The notes under the pieces are model-generated. The model was not told where the DNA came from. It searched no databases and was given only the letters and a program-made list of their open reading frames with translations. Made by a program: the position numbers and the translations under genes. Positions 53,421-60,657 of a stretch of DNA of 60,657 nt are shown here, piece after piece. The DNA is taken from assembly GCA_041649335.1 (NCBI GenBank), contig JBAZNF010000002.1, positions 1-60,657 on the forward strand. The letters run 5' to 3'. Position 1 is the first letter of the stretch; the number at the start of each line of letters is the position of its first letter. The DNA is from Patescibacteria group bacterium. Lineage in GTDB: Bacteria; Patescibacteriota; Patescibacteriia; UBA10025; JAHIVO01.

Positions 53421-53912
53421 TTAACGGTTTAATGCTTTTTTTGCCTGAATGTCCCAATCGTAGATCGGTACAGAGATGCGGCGTTTTTTTAGGGCTGCGT
53501 TCATTTCATCATAAAAAATGCCCCGGCCCCGGACGTTGACGCTGCGCCCGCCTGAAGACAGGACATGCGTCCTGACCGCGCCGCAGGTGGGGGATCCCTC
53601 CACTCCAAAAATACCGCATACTGCATAGCCCGCCTGGCGGTACATAATGATTTGCTTGATCGTCGACGTTATGATGTTTCGGCAGACAGAACGGACAGCC
53701 CGGTTGTCGTAATGTTCGCGGGTGGCCGGTTGCCGAAGAAGCGGTTCAAACTGCAGCTGCGGACATTCGATTGGCACGATACCATAACCCTTTTTAATGC
53801 AGAAATTGACGAATTCCTTGACCACCCCGGAGCTTTTCGCCACGCCGCTGGCGCGGGCATTCTGGTTCAACAGGCAGTGGGAAGCGAAAATGACTTTTTT
53901 GGATCGTTTCAT
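53421..53912 (-). CDS. Cys-containing hypothetical protein
   Basis: 163 aa. ASHCLLNQNARA and GSPTCG motifs. I cannot assign a family with confidence. Confidence 0.4.
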   Translation of the reverse strand: MKRSKKVIFASHCLLNQNARASGVAKSSGVVKEFVNFCIKKGYGIVPIECPQLQFEPLLRQPATREHYDNRAVRSVCRNIITSTIKQIIMYRQAGYAVCGIFGVEGSPTCGAVRTHVLSSGGRSVNVRGRGIFYDEMNAALKKRRISVPIYDWDIQAKKALNR

Positions 53913-53957
53913 GTAATTTAAAATTTTAAAAAGAATATTTTGCTAATTGTATGGGCA

Positions 53958-55028
53958 TCAGCGCCAAATTTGCGGGTAATACTTCTTGCAGTAAATAAAT
54001 GCCGGAGCATAAAGCAGCCGCTGCCACCAGTTAAAATTATAGAGGGAATATAGGTAGGGATATGGGTCAGTTTTTGTAAGCACTTTCCCCAGCTGATGCG
54101 GCAGCCCATTTTTGGTAAACCGCTCGTATACAAACCGATTGACTAGCCCTGCCTTCTTGCGGTGAAAAAATTTCTTGTTCATCAGAAAATCAAATTGTTT
54201 TCCGGTCATAATACTGTTCGCCGCCAGATAACCGGCCGTGATGGCATTGCGCATACCAAACCCAAGAAGAAAATCCTGCAATCCTGCCGCTTCACCAATA
54301 TAAATTGAGCCATTATGGGTGTAGATTGAGTTCATTGAGAACGACCCTACCCCACCGACCGGTTTCGGGTCCCGGATGTCAAGTTTTACGTATTGTTCAA
54401 ACGCCAACTGTGCGGCTTTGAAGTTTTCCCCAAGCCGGTGCAAGTCGTCGAAAATGCATGTGCATAAACACCCGTAACCTTTCACTACTAGCAGATAGGC
54501 ATATCCTTTGTATGAAACATCATTATTTATAATGCCCATGAATGTATCCGGCATGCTCGTTTTGAAAATGATGCCTTTGTCAGCGGCCCAATAATCGTTG
54601 ACTATCGGACCCGTGGCCGTAATGTCCGGGTGTTCAGGATGGCCATGAAATTGGTAATGGAGTGATACGCCCAGGTTTCGGGCCTGTTCTTCCAGGCCTC
54701 CATCCAAACTGCCGGGGATGGGCCCGCGTTTTACCAGGTATGTTATAGGTTTTTTAAATGTAGCGTGCATGAGGGGCCTGTGCCCATCAGTCAGATCAGC
54801 ATAGTCAAATGGGTACGTTTCAAAATTAATATCAATATTCATTGATTTTAAATCTTCCAAAACGTCCGTTTTTTCTGACCAATTTTCTAATCCCTGCAAA
54901 TCGCCCCCAAATCGTGCTCCTGAATCTTTTTGCCGGTCAAAAACGTCAACATGGTAGCCATTTTTTGCTAAAGTGATCGCTGCCGACAAACCTGATATCC
55001 CCGCACCGATTATTGATATTTTTTGCAT
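53958..55028 (-). CDS. FAD-dependent oxidoreductase (geranylgeranyl-reductase-like)
   Basis: 356 aa. ISIIGAGISGLSAAITLAKNGYHVDVFDR dinucleotide-binding motif. Confidence 0.75.
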   Translation of the reverse strand: MQKISIIGAGISGLSAAITLAKNGYHVDVFDRQKDSGARFGGDLQGLENWSEKTDVLEDLKSMNIDINFETYPFDYADLTDGHRPLMHATFKKPITYLVKRGPIPGSLDGGLEEQARNLGVSLHYQFHGHPEHPDITATGPIVNDYWAADKGIIFKTSMPDTFMGIINNDVSYKGYAYLLVVKGYGCLCTCIFDDLHRLGENFKAAQLAFEQYVKLDIRDPKPVGGVGSFSMNSIYTHNGSIYIGEAAGLQDFLLGFGMRNAITAGYLAANSIMTGKQFDFLMNKKFFHRKKAGLVNRFVYERFTKNGLPHQLGKVLTKTDPYPYLYSLYNFNWWQRLLYAPAFIYCKKYYPQIWR

Positions 55029-55039
55029 TGCAATATTAG

Positions 55040-56155
55040 TTAAATTGTTAGATCATACATCCGGTACGTCTTATAGATTTTTGCGCCAAGTTTTTCCAGT
55101 ACCCGGCGCATCGGCGCGTTTGATTCGTTGATGAGTGAGCCCTCCGCGTATACGTAGCCTTTTTTGCGTCCCTCCTCGTAGGTTTTTTTATAGAAGATCT
55201 TGTCGAAATCATTGTGACGGTACTTTTTCAAAATGCCCATAACCAAGACACGTACCCCGTTGATGCGCCGTTTTTTCAGCAGCATTTTTATTAGGCCGAA
55301 TGGGAATAATCTGCCGTTGGCGGCTTTTATAGCCTGGTTGGCGTCGGGGATGGAGAGGGAGAACCCGATTGGTTCGCCGTTAATTTCCCCGATATACGCG
55401 ATGTCCTCGTCCAGGATCATTTTCAGCTCATGAGCCAAAACCATAATTTCCTTGTCAGTGAAGGGAACGGCGCCCCAGTTTTCGTCCCAGGCCTGGTTAT
55501 ATATCGTATTAACGATTCTCGCTTCCTGCTCCAGATTTTTCAGCCGCATTTTTCTTACGCTGAATTCAGGATGGTTTTTTTCCGCCGCGATTGCTTTTGC
55601 CGCAATGTCGGCGGGCAAACCCTTGTCGGTGTACAGCTGGTAGGCGTACATTTCCTGGGATGGCCGGAAACCGCAGTGAGTGAGAAGTTTTTCGTAGTAC
55701 GGCGGATTGTACGTCATCATGATGACCGGCGGTGAGTCAAACCCTTCCACCAGTAGGGAATATTCGCCATTAATGGAGAAATTCGCCGGCCCACGCATTT
55801 TTTCGTACCCAAGGGATTTCAGCCAATTTTTGCCATGATCAAATAAAGTCTTGGCTACTTCAAAATCATCTATGCATTCAAAAAATCCGAAAAAGCCGAT
55901 TTGTTCATTATACTTTTTTACGTGCTGGGTATTTTCATGTACGGATAAGCGGCCGACTGGCTCGCCGTCGCGATATGCCATGGTCAGTAGTACTTTGGAG
56001 TGGTGGTAGTAGGGATTTTTTTTCGGGTTGAAAAAATTGCACTGGTCGCGGATGAGCGGCGGTACCCAGTTGGGATCATTTTTGTAGATGTGCCAGGGGA
56101 ACAGCACGAACTGCTTGATGTCGGCCGGTGACTCGATTTCCTTAATAGTAATCAT
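55040..56155 (-). CDS. GNAT-like acyltransferase-fold protein (uncharacterised family)
   Basis: 371 aa. N-terminal IKEIESPADIKQFVLFPWHIYKNDPNWVPPL pattern seen in an uncharacterised GNAT-related family. Assigned from memory only. Confidence 0.4.
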   Translation of the reverse strand: MITIKEIESPADIKQFVLFPWHIYKNDPNWVPPLIRDQCNFFNPKKNPYYHHSKVLLTMAYRDGEPVGRLSVHENTQHVKKYNEQIGFFGFFECIDDFEVAKTLFDHGKNWLKSLGYEKMRGPANFSINGEYSLLVEGFDSPPVIMMTYNPPYYEKLLTHCGFRPSQEMYAYQLYTDKGLPADIAAKAIAAEKNHPEFSVRKMRLKNLEQEARIVNTIYNQAWDENWGAVPFTDKEIMVLAHELKMILDEDIAYIGEINGEPIGFSLSIPDANQAIKAANGRLFPFGLIKMLLKKRRINGVRVLVMGILKKYRHNDFDKIFYKKTYEEGRKKGYVYAEGSLINESNAPMRRVLEKLGAKIYKTYRMYDLTI

Positions 56156-56267
56156 GGCTTAATTGTACGGTAATAGCCAAAAACAGGCAATTCACCGATC
56201 AGGCAAGCCAGCGACGTGAGCTGGGTATTGGTAATTTTTTTAGAATTCGCCCCGGGGGATCATTGGG

Positions 56268-56741
56268 TCAGCAGTATTTTTTCCGTATTTCCATCCAAAT
56301 TTTCCCAATCATATTCTCTCCTTTCCCGTCCGGTCCGCAGCCCCAGAAATTGTCAACCGGGGAGTTTTCGACGATTATCCGATTACCTGTTTTTTTTAGC
56401 TGTTCGCGCACGTCATCGTGCTGTTCTGCCTTGGCGGCCAGCACTTCTCGCATGACGGAAGCGCGCTGGCCGTACCATTCCGGCAGGACCTTGCTTTTAT
56501 GCGCGATTGCGATGCGCTTGGCCGCTTCCGGGCTGCCCGCCTGTAGTATTTTTTCCGCTACATCAGGCGCAACTACAGAAAATTTTTTCCATTGGAAGGC
56601 GTGTTCTGCGGTAGGGAATGTTTTACCCCACAGTTTCACCGTGTGAGCGGAAAAACTGTCTAATATATGGAAGGCCGGCGTGAAAAAATATATGGCGTCG
56701 TCCGTTTCTTTATTTAAGCCTTCGCTTGAATCGGGGTACAT
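56268..56741 (-). CDS. NADAR (YbiA/DUF1768) family protein
   Basis: 157 aa. FSAHTVKLWGKTFPTAEHAFQWKKF and DNFWGCG motifs. Confidence 0.8.
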   Translation of the reverse strand: MYPDSSEGLNKETDDAIYFFTPAFHILDSFSAHTVKLWGKTFPTAEHAFQWKKFSVVAPDVAEKILQAGSPEAAKRIAIAHKSKVLPEWYGQRASVMREVLAAKAEQHDDVREQLKKTGNRIIVENSPVDNFWGCGPDGKGENMIGKIWMEIRKKYC

Positions 56742-56742
56742 A

Positions 56743-57204
56743 TTAAACAGTTAACTCTTTTGTCCATCCTTTGGCCCGTTCCAGTTCGCCGTCTTTAAGC
56801 GGACCTTCTTTACCGAGCACGTAAAACGTTTCCGCGGCGATTACATTGGCACCCTTCGTTTTCAATGTTCTGGCCAGGCGGTCAGAGGCATACCCGAAGA
56901 ATTTAATGACTAGACGGAGAAACCAACCCTGCCCCTCCGGGCTATTGCCCGTATCAAACGCGGCCGCTCGGACGTTTTTCAGTCCGCCGGGACCGATGGT
57001 GTTCAGGAATTTCTGCATTGGTTGGGACGGACGCCCGCCATGCGTCGGTGAACCGATGACGAGCAGGTCGGCGGACGTCAGGTCGGCCGGCGCTGCGTCG
57101 TTGATGTGCTCGACTTTTGCGTCAGGACCGAGGACTTCACCGATGGCTTCGGCGACTTTTTTCGTGTTGCCGAAGAGGGAATCGTAAATGATGAGCTTGT
57201 TCAT
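56743..57204 (-). CDS. flavodoxin-like protein
   Basis: Start at MNKLIIYDSLFGNTKKVAEAIGE (ATG at 57202-57204), which avoids overlap with the upstream cupin gene. VIGSPTHGG motif. Confidence 0.8.
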   Translation of the reverse strand: MNKLIIYDSLFGNTKKVAEAIGEVLGPDAKVEHINDAAPADLTSADLLVIGSPTHGGRPSQPMQKFLNTIGPGGLKNVRAAAFDTGNSPEGQGWFLRLVIKFFGYASDRLARTLKTKGANVIAAETFYVLGKEGPLKDGELERAKGWTKELTV

Positions 57205-57211
57205 AAGGTCA

Positions 57212-57550
57212 TTATTTAATAAGTCGGACGTGCTTTTCATATTTCGCCTGCCAGGCCGGGACGGTCACGAGGACGAGTTTCATGTGGCCGAGATAGTAGG
57301 CTTTGGTTTTTGGCGGGATAACCACTACGTCTGTCGCCTTTACCGTAGTCGATTTTCCGTTCAAATAAAAGGTGCCCTTTCCGTGCAGGACGTAGTATAT
57401 GAATGTGCTTTTCCTGTTCATGAACTCCTCGAAATGCCCTTTTTTTACCTCAATGTACGCCAAGCCGGCATCTTTGCGGTTGATTTTATACACGCGGAGG
57501 TCGGCACCGAATTTGTTTTTGTGGACAGTCTGTTTGCGGGTGAGTTTCAT
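57212..57550 (-). CDS. cupin-fold protein
   Basis: 112 aa. FIYYVLHGKGTFYLNGKSTTVKATDVVVIPP cupin beta-barrel pattern. Confidence 0.6.
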   Translation of the reverse strand: MKLTRKQTVHKNKFGADLRVYKINRKDAGLAYIEVKKGHFEEFMNRKSTFIYYVLHGKGTFYLNGKSTTVKATDVVVIPPKTKAYYLGHMKLVLVTVPAWQAKYEKHVRLIK

Positions 57551-57551
57551 A

Positions 57552-58424
57552 TTATTTGTCTAAAGGTATTACATTTGAAATGTTTTGCGCGCCAGGATAG
57601 TCAGTCATTATTTTTTCAATATCGACAGGATCCATATGCCACCTGATTGCGCCAAGGTTTTCCATCAGATGCTTTTTACTTCTTGTTTTTGATAACGTGA
57701 CGACGTTCGGCTGGGAAATCAGCCAGTTCAACGCTATTTGGGCGGGTGTTTTATGGTATTTTTCGCATAACTCCAGTATAACCGGCGGCTGGTCTCCGAG
57801 CAAATCGCCCTTGCCGACCGGACGCCAGGCGACGAGCATGATGTCGTTTTTTCGGCAGTACTCCAGCAATCCGCTATTTTTCGGTTCACGGAATTGGAGG
57901 TTATAGTGCACCTGGTCGCAGACAATTTTATTTTTCGTGTAGCTTTGCGCTTCGGCGATATGCCCAGCGCCGAAATTAGCCACGCCGATGGCCCGGATCA
58001 ATCCACGGTTGGCGAGTTCATCCATAGCTCGGATGCTTTCCTGGAGGGGAAATGTGGCATTGTATCGATGTAACAGATACATATCGAGATACGATAATCC
58101 CAAGCGCTCCAGACTATGTTGGCACGCTTCGATGATGCCGTCATAACTCATATGCGCGGCTTGGACCTTGGATACAATGAACAGCTTCGAGCGGTCATAT
58201 CCTTTGATGGCCCGGCTGACCAGGGTTTCTGTATAGCCGTTGGCGTAGATTTCGGCCGTATCAATATGGGTAATGCCGGCGTCAATCGCGTCTTTGATGC
58301 CCTGGATGTCAGCCTGGTCGTCATTAGCCGGGTCGCGTTCGTCGCGGCCGCCCATTTGCCAGGTGCCCAGGCCGTATTCCGGCATGGCGAATCCATTGGG
58401 GAGTTTTTTGAGGGGAATATTCAT
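57552..58424 (-). CDS. aldo/keto reductase
   Basis: 290 aa. MPEYGLGTWQMGG, HIDTAEIY and LHRYN motifs. Confidence 0.9.
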   Translation of the reverse strand: MNIPLKKLPNGFAMPEYGLGTWQMGGRDERDPANDDQADIQGIKDAIDAGITHIDTAEIYANGYTETLVSRAIKGYDRSKLFIVSKVQAAHMSYDGIIEACQHSLERLGLSYLDMYLLHRYNATFPLQESIRAMDELANRGLIRAIGVANFGAGHIAEAQSYTKNKIVCDQVHYNLQFREPKNSGLLEYCRKNDIMLVAWRPVGKGDLLGDQPPVILELCEKYHKTPAQIALNWLISQPNVVTLSKTRSKKHLMENLGAIRWHMDPVDIEKIMTDYPGAQNISNVIPLDK

Positions 58425-58442
58425 GGAGAAATTGTTAGTTTT

Positions 58443-59183
58443 CTAAAAAAAGAGAATTTTTACGGCAGAAACGACGATCACTACGGCAAAAACGTATTTT
58501 ACCCACGCGTCGCCTTTTTTAATCGCCAGATGCGCGCCGACGTACCCGCCGACGAGCATGCCGATAAACAGCGCGATGCCGGCCCGGTAGTCGATGATGT
58601 GGTGGGCAGCAAAAATAATGACGGCGGCCACTGAAAAAATCGTATACGACACCAGCTCAGTCGCGTTGCCGGTTATCATCGTCATGCCGAAGAAATAAAT
58701 TACCACGCTCATCAGGAGCGCCCCCATACCACCGAAAAACGAGGCCAGGATGGACAGGAAAAAATAGAAGAGGTAGCCGAGTGTTTTTGAATTCGACGAT
58801 GTGACGCGCTCCTCAAGCCCAAAATCTTTTTTAAAAAAGATTGTCGGGACGAGCGCGAGGAGCAGGATCCCGATTATTTTTTGCAGGAGGTCGGTCTCTA
58901 TCGTGAGCAGGATCCGGGATCCAATGAAGCTGGCCGCTGTCCCGACGATGCTTAATGCAATAGCGTAGCGCCAGACTATTTTTTTCTCTTTGATGAACTT
59001 ATACAGGGCGCCAAGGCTCAGCCCCATCCCACCGAATTTGTTGGTGGCCAGTGTGATCTGCGGCGGGATGCCGAGAAAGAGAAGAAAAGGAATTGAAATA
59101 AGGCCACCGCCACCGGCAATGGCGCCGACAAAACCGGACAGTACGCCAATTAATAGTATGATCAGTAGAGTAATAATTGTCAT
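58443..59183 (-). CDS. TauE/SafE family sulfite/anion exporter
   Basis: 246 aa with 7-8 TM segments. GFVGAIAGGGGLISIPFLLFLG motif. Confidence 0.8.
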   Translation of the reverse strand: MTIITLLIILLIGVLSGFVGAIAGGGGLISIPFLLFLGIPPQITLATNKFGGMGLSLGALYKFIKEKKIVWRYAIALSIVGTAASFIGSRILLTIETDLLQKIIGILLLALVPTIFFKKDFGLEERVTSSNSKTLGYLFYFFLSILASFFGGMGALLMSVVIYFFGMTMITGNATELVSYTIFSVAAVIIFAAHHIIDYRAGIALFIGMLVGGYVGAHLAIKKGDAWVKYVFAVVIVVSAVKILFF

Positions 59184-59193
59184 GAGTCAAAAT

Positions 59194-59547
59194 CGGAGAC
59201 GGGAGGCTGACTACGCTTCTACGAAGCTTCGTCAGCTAAAATTCGTTTTTTTAGTACTGCTTCCCCAGACCCAGTCTTAAGATATTTTTCGAGTGCCCTG
59301 GCTCCTTTTTCGGTATGAACGCCAGTATGAAATACCAAGCGTACCGGTAGTTTACTTTTTGTACTTTGGGTAAGTCCGGATTGATGTTCAGCAACTCGTC
59401 GTTTAACACTATTCGTTGATCCGACATACAATGAATTGTCGCGACATTTTAGACCGTATACGTACCACATAGTAATTACTCTATCTTACTTTGGCCTGAC
59501 AGACGAAGCTTTATTAAAGCGTAGTCTGGCGGAGACGGGAGGATTCG
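59194..59547. mobile_element. GIY-YIG mini-cassette bounded by copies of the tRNA-Ser 3' end and imperfect inverted repeats
   Basis: cggagacgggagg at 59194-59206 and cggagacgggaggattcg at 59530-59547 both copy the 3' end of the tRNA at 59701. Just inside them lie inverted repeats: 59207-59235 (GACTACGCTT-n5-AAGCTTCGTC) and 59496-59529 (its reverse complement with a different 5-nt centre). Confidence 0.45.
59219..59470 (-). CDS. GIY-YIG nuclease domain protein
   Basis: 83 aa. MWYVYGLKCRDNSLYVGSTNSVKRRVAEHQSG (GIY-x10-YVG and R..H motifs). The last codons lie inside the left inverted repeat. Confidence 0.85.
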   Translation of the reverse strand: MWYVYGLKCRDNSLYVGSTNSVKRRVAEHQSGLTQSTKSKLPVRLVFHTGVHTEKGARALEKYLKTGSGEAVLKKRILADEAS

Positions 59548-59700
59548 GTCACGAATTAATTTCCTGACGGAAATTTTTTGCGACCCCGCCTCGCGGTGCT
59601 CGCCTTGCCCTGCGGGCAAACTCGCACATCGCTGCGGCTTTCTCATCCTCACGTCCCGCAAGTAGTTGCGGGACTCCGTTCCTCATTCACGTTGTTCATT

Positions 59701-59787
59701 CGGAGACGGGAGGATTCGAACCTCCGAGACCCGTTAAGGTCTACTGGTTTTCGAAACCAGCGCGTTCAACCACTCTGCCACGTCTCC
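59701..59787 (-). tRNA. tRNA-Ser (anticodon CGA), long variable arm, CCA not encoded
   Basis: The reverse complement reads GGAGACGTGGCAGAGTGGTTGAACGCGCTGGTTTCGAAAACCAGTAGACCTTAACGGGTCTCGGAGGTTCGAATCCTCCCGTCTCCG. Acceptor stem GGAGACG/CGTCTCC, anticodon loop TTCGAAA, T-loop GGTTCGAATCC. Confidence 0.9.
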
Positions 59788-59788
59788 A

Positions 59789-60325
59789 TTAGTGTTGGTA
59801 GATATATATCTTACTCGATGTATAAGGAACGTCAATGGTCTGCGCGGGCTGCCAAACGGGGATGGGGTAGCCGTAACATATGACCCGAGCGCCCGGTTTC
59901 AGCTGGCCCTGTAAGTATACACCGACTCGGGGCATCAGGCTCTGGATGAGGAAGCAGAATGCCACATCGGCTTTACCTAGGTCTGCTTTAAAAAAATTAC
60001 GCCAGTATACTTCAGACTTGGCTTTGTTTCGTCTAATATTTAGTAAAGCACGGAGGTAGGGGAATGGCGAGGCTTCGTAACCGATAGACTTGCATCCAAA
60101 CTTTTTTCCAACGGCAATGAGCACGTCAGCATCCCCGCAGCCCAGGTCATAGACAAGCTCATCTGGCCTGATGTTTATATTTTTTAAGATAGTGTCAATG
60201 GCGGCTGGCGGTGTTTTGACATAGGGCGCTTTATATATTAGAAGCAGGATCAGCCAGCTCAGAGCAAAAATAAAAGCGAGGATGGAACTGACCAGGAAGA
60301 GGATGGCGAGGATAAGAAGAATCAT
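59789..60325 (-). CDS. membrane-anchored class I SAM-dependent methyltransferase
   Basis: 178 aa. N-terminal TM, then VYDLGCGDADVLIAVG (motif I). The stop lies 1 nt before the tRNA 5' end. Confidence 0.75.
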   Translation of the reverse strand: MILLILAILFLVSSILAFIFALSWLILLLIYKAPYVKTPPAAIDTILKNINIRPDELVYDLGCGDADVLIAVGKKFGCKSIGYEASPFPYLRALLNIRRNKAKSEVYWRNFFKADLGKADVAFCFLIQSLMPRVGVYLQGQLKPGARVICYGYPIPVWQPAQTIDVPYTSSKIYIYQH

Positions 60326-60473
60326 GAAGCGGGGTTTAGGAGTGGGGAGTTAGTTAAGAAGTGAGACGTGAGTAGGGGGCAGCGTTGGTGTTTGCGACGC
60401 GCGTATCGTTGGGGGTATGGTTTACGGCTTTTCGACAAGACCCCCAATGTCGCCGATACCACAACCGCAAATA

Positions 60474-60657
60474 TTAAAATAGTTTTTCTTGTTTGACCAC
60501 GTATTTTTTCCGCTCGGCCGCAGAAAAGACTTTCACGATGCCGTACTCGCCGTCGTATCCGGGCTCAACGGACATTTTTCCTTCACGGACGCGTTTAATG
60601 GCCTCGACAATGGTGTCGTCGGTGATTTGTTTCAGCTCGTCGATGGACAGGTTGATG
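60474..60657 (-). CDS. C-terminal fragment of a TIGR00375/endonuclease-Q-like (PHP-associated) protein; N-terminus off the window
   Basis: Manual translation: ..INLSIDELKQITDDTIVEAIKRVREGKMSVEPGYDGEYGIVKVFSAAERKKYVVKQEKLF*. From memory, the P-G-Y-D-G-E-Y-G tail is characteristic of EndoQ-like proteins. Confidence 0.45.
   Translation of the reverse strand, partial: INLSIDELKQITDDTIVEAIKRVREGKMSVEPGYDGEYGIVKVFSAAERKKYVVKQEKLF

Noticed and set aside
56268-57204. NADAR protein as the antitoxin half of a DarT-like ADP-ribosylation toxin system
   Set aside because: No DarT-like or other ADP-ribosyltransferase ORF is adjacent; the neighbours are flavodoxin and a GNAT-like protein. A YbiA-type housekeeping role is equally likely.
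59476-59883. ORFs 59476..59661 (minus) and 59578..59883 (plus)
   Set aside because: They overlap the tRNA-Ser gene and the repeat/hairpin spacer, are Arg-rich, and contain no motif.

Overview
Gene-dense bacterial chromosome segment: about 75 protein genes, one tRNA and one candidate structured RNA. Many neighbouring genes are 1-15 nt apart or overlap, and the standard genetic code works throughout. Gene content is most consistent with a Patescibacteria/CPR-like organism, but this is inference. The supporting content is tandem VirB2/TrbC-like small pilin paralogs, a run of large GT-C-type membrane proteins, salvage and lipid-remodelling enzymes, and few biosynthetic pathways. Layout by region follows. 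(1) 1-9.6 kb: minus-strand array yebC-ruvC-GH15-glgA-GH57-GH57-kinase-glgA-galT-like, i.e. alpha-glucan metabolism with duplicated synthase and GH57 genes. (2) 9.7-12.5 kb: thiol-disulfide and metal genes (Trx-CcdA fusion, ZIP, DUF134, DUF5320, a shell-less encapsulated-ferritin homolog). (3) 12.6-20.3 kb: PGI/PMI plus four consecutive polytopic GT-C/DUF2079 membrane proteins. (4) 20.3-26.7 kb: capA, galU, a solute-binding protein, a pilin domain fused to ten six-cysteine modules, then two small pilins; the last pilin has a perfect consensus promoter and a strong terminator. (5) 26.7-27.1 kb: GC-rich structured non-coding locus ending in an intrinsic terminator, possibly RNase P RNA. (6) 27-31 kb: small membrane, acyltransferase, Nudix and spermidine-synthase-like genes. 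(7) 31.5-35.3 kb: plus-strand islet with an exonuclease, an OPT transporter and two unknown proteins. (8) 35.4-60.7 kb: one uninterrupted minus-strand array. It holds repair, ABC export and Msr/rubrerythrin/nitroreductase/flavodoxin redox genes, a eukaryote-type pyrimidine 5'-nucleotidase, and ceramidase-like and PlsC-like lipid genes. It ends at tRNA-Ser(CGA), whose 3' end is repeated twice downstream around a GIY-YIG nuclease mini-cassette. No CRISPR array, rRNA, transposase or integrase was seen. The most unusual item is the pilin-anchored cysteine-module protein and its operon.
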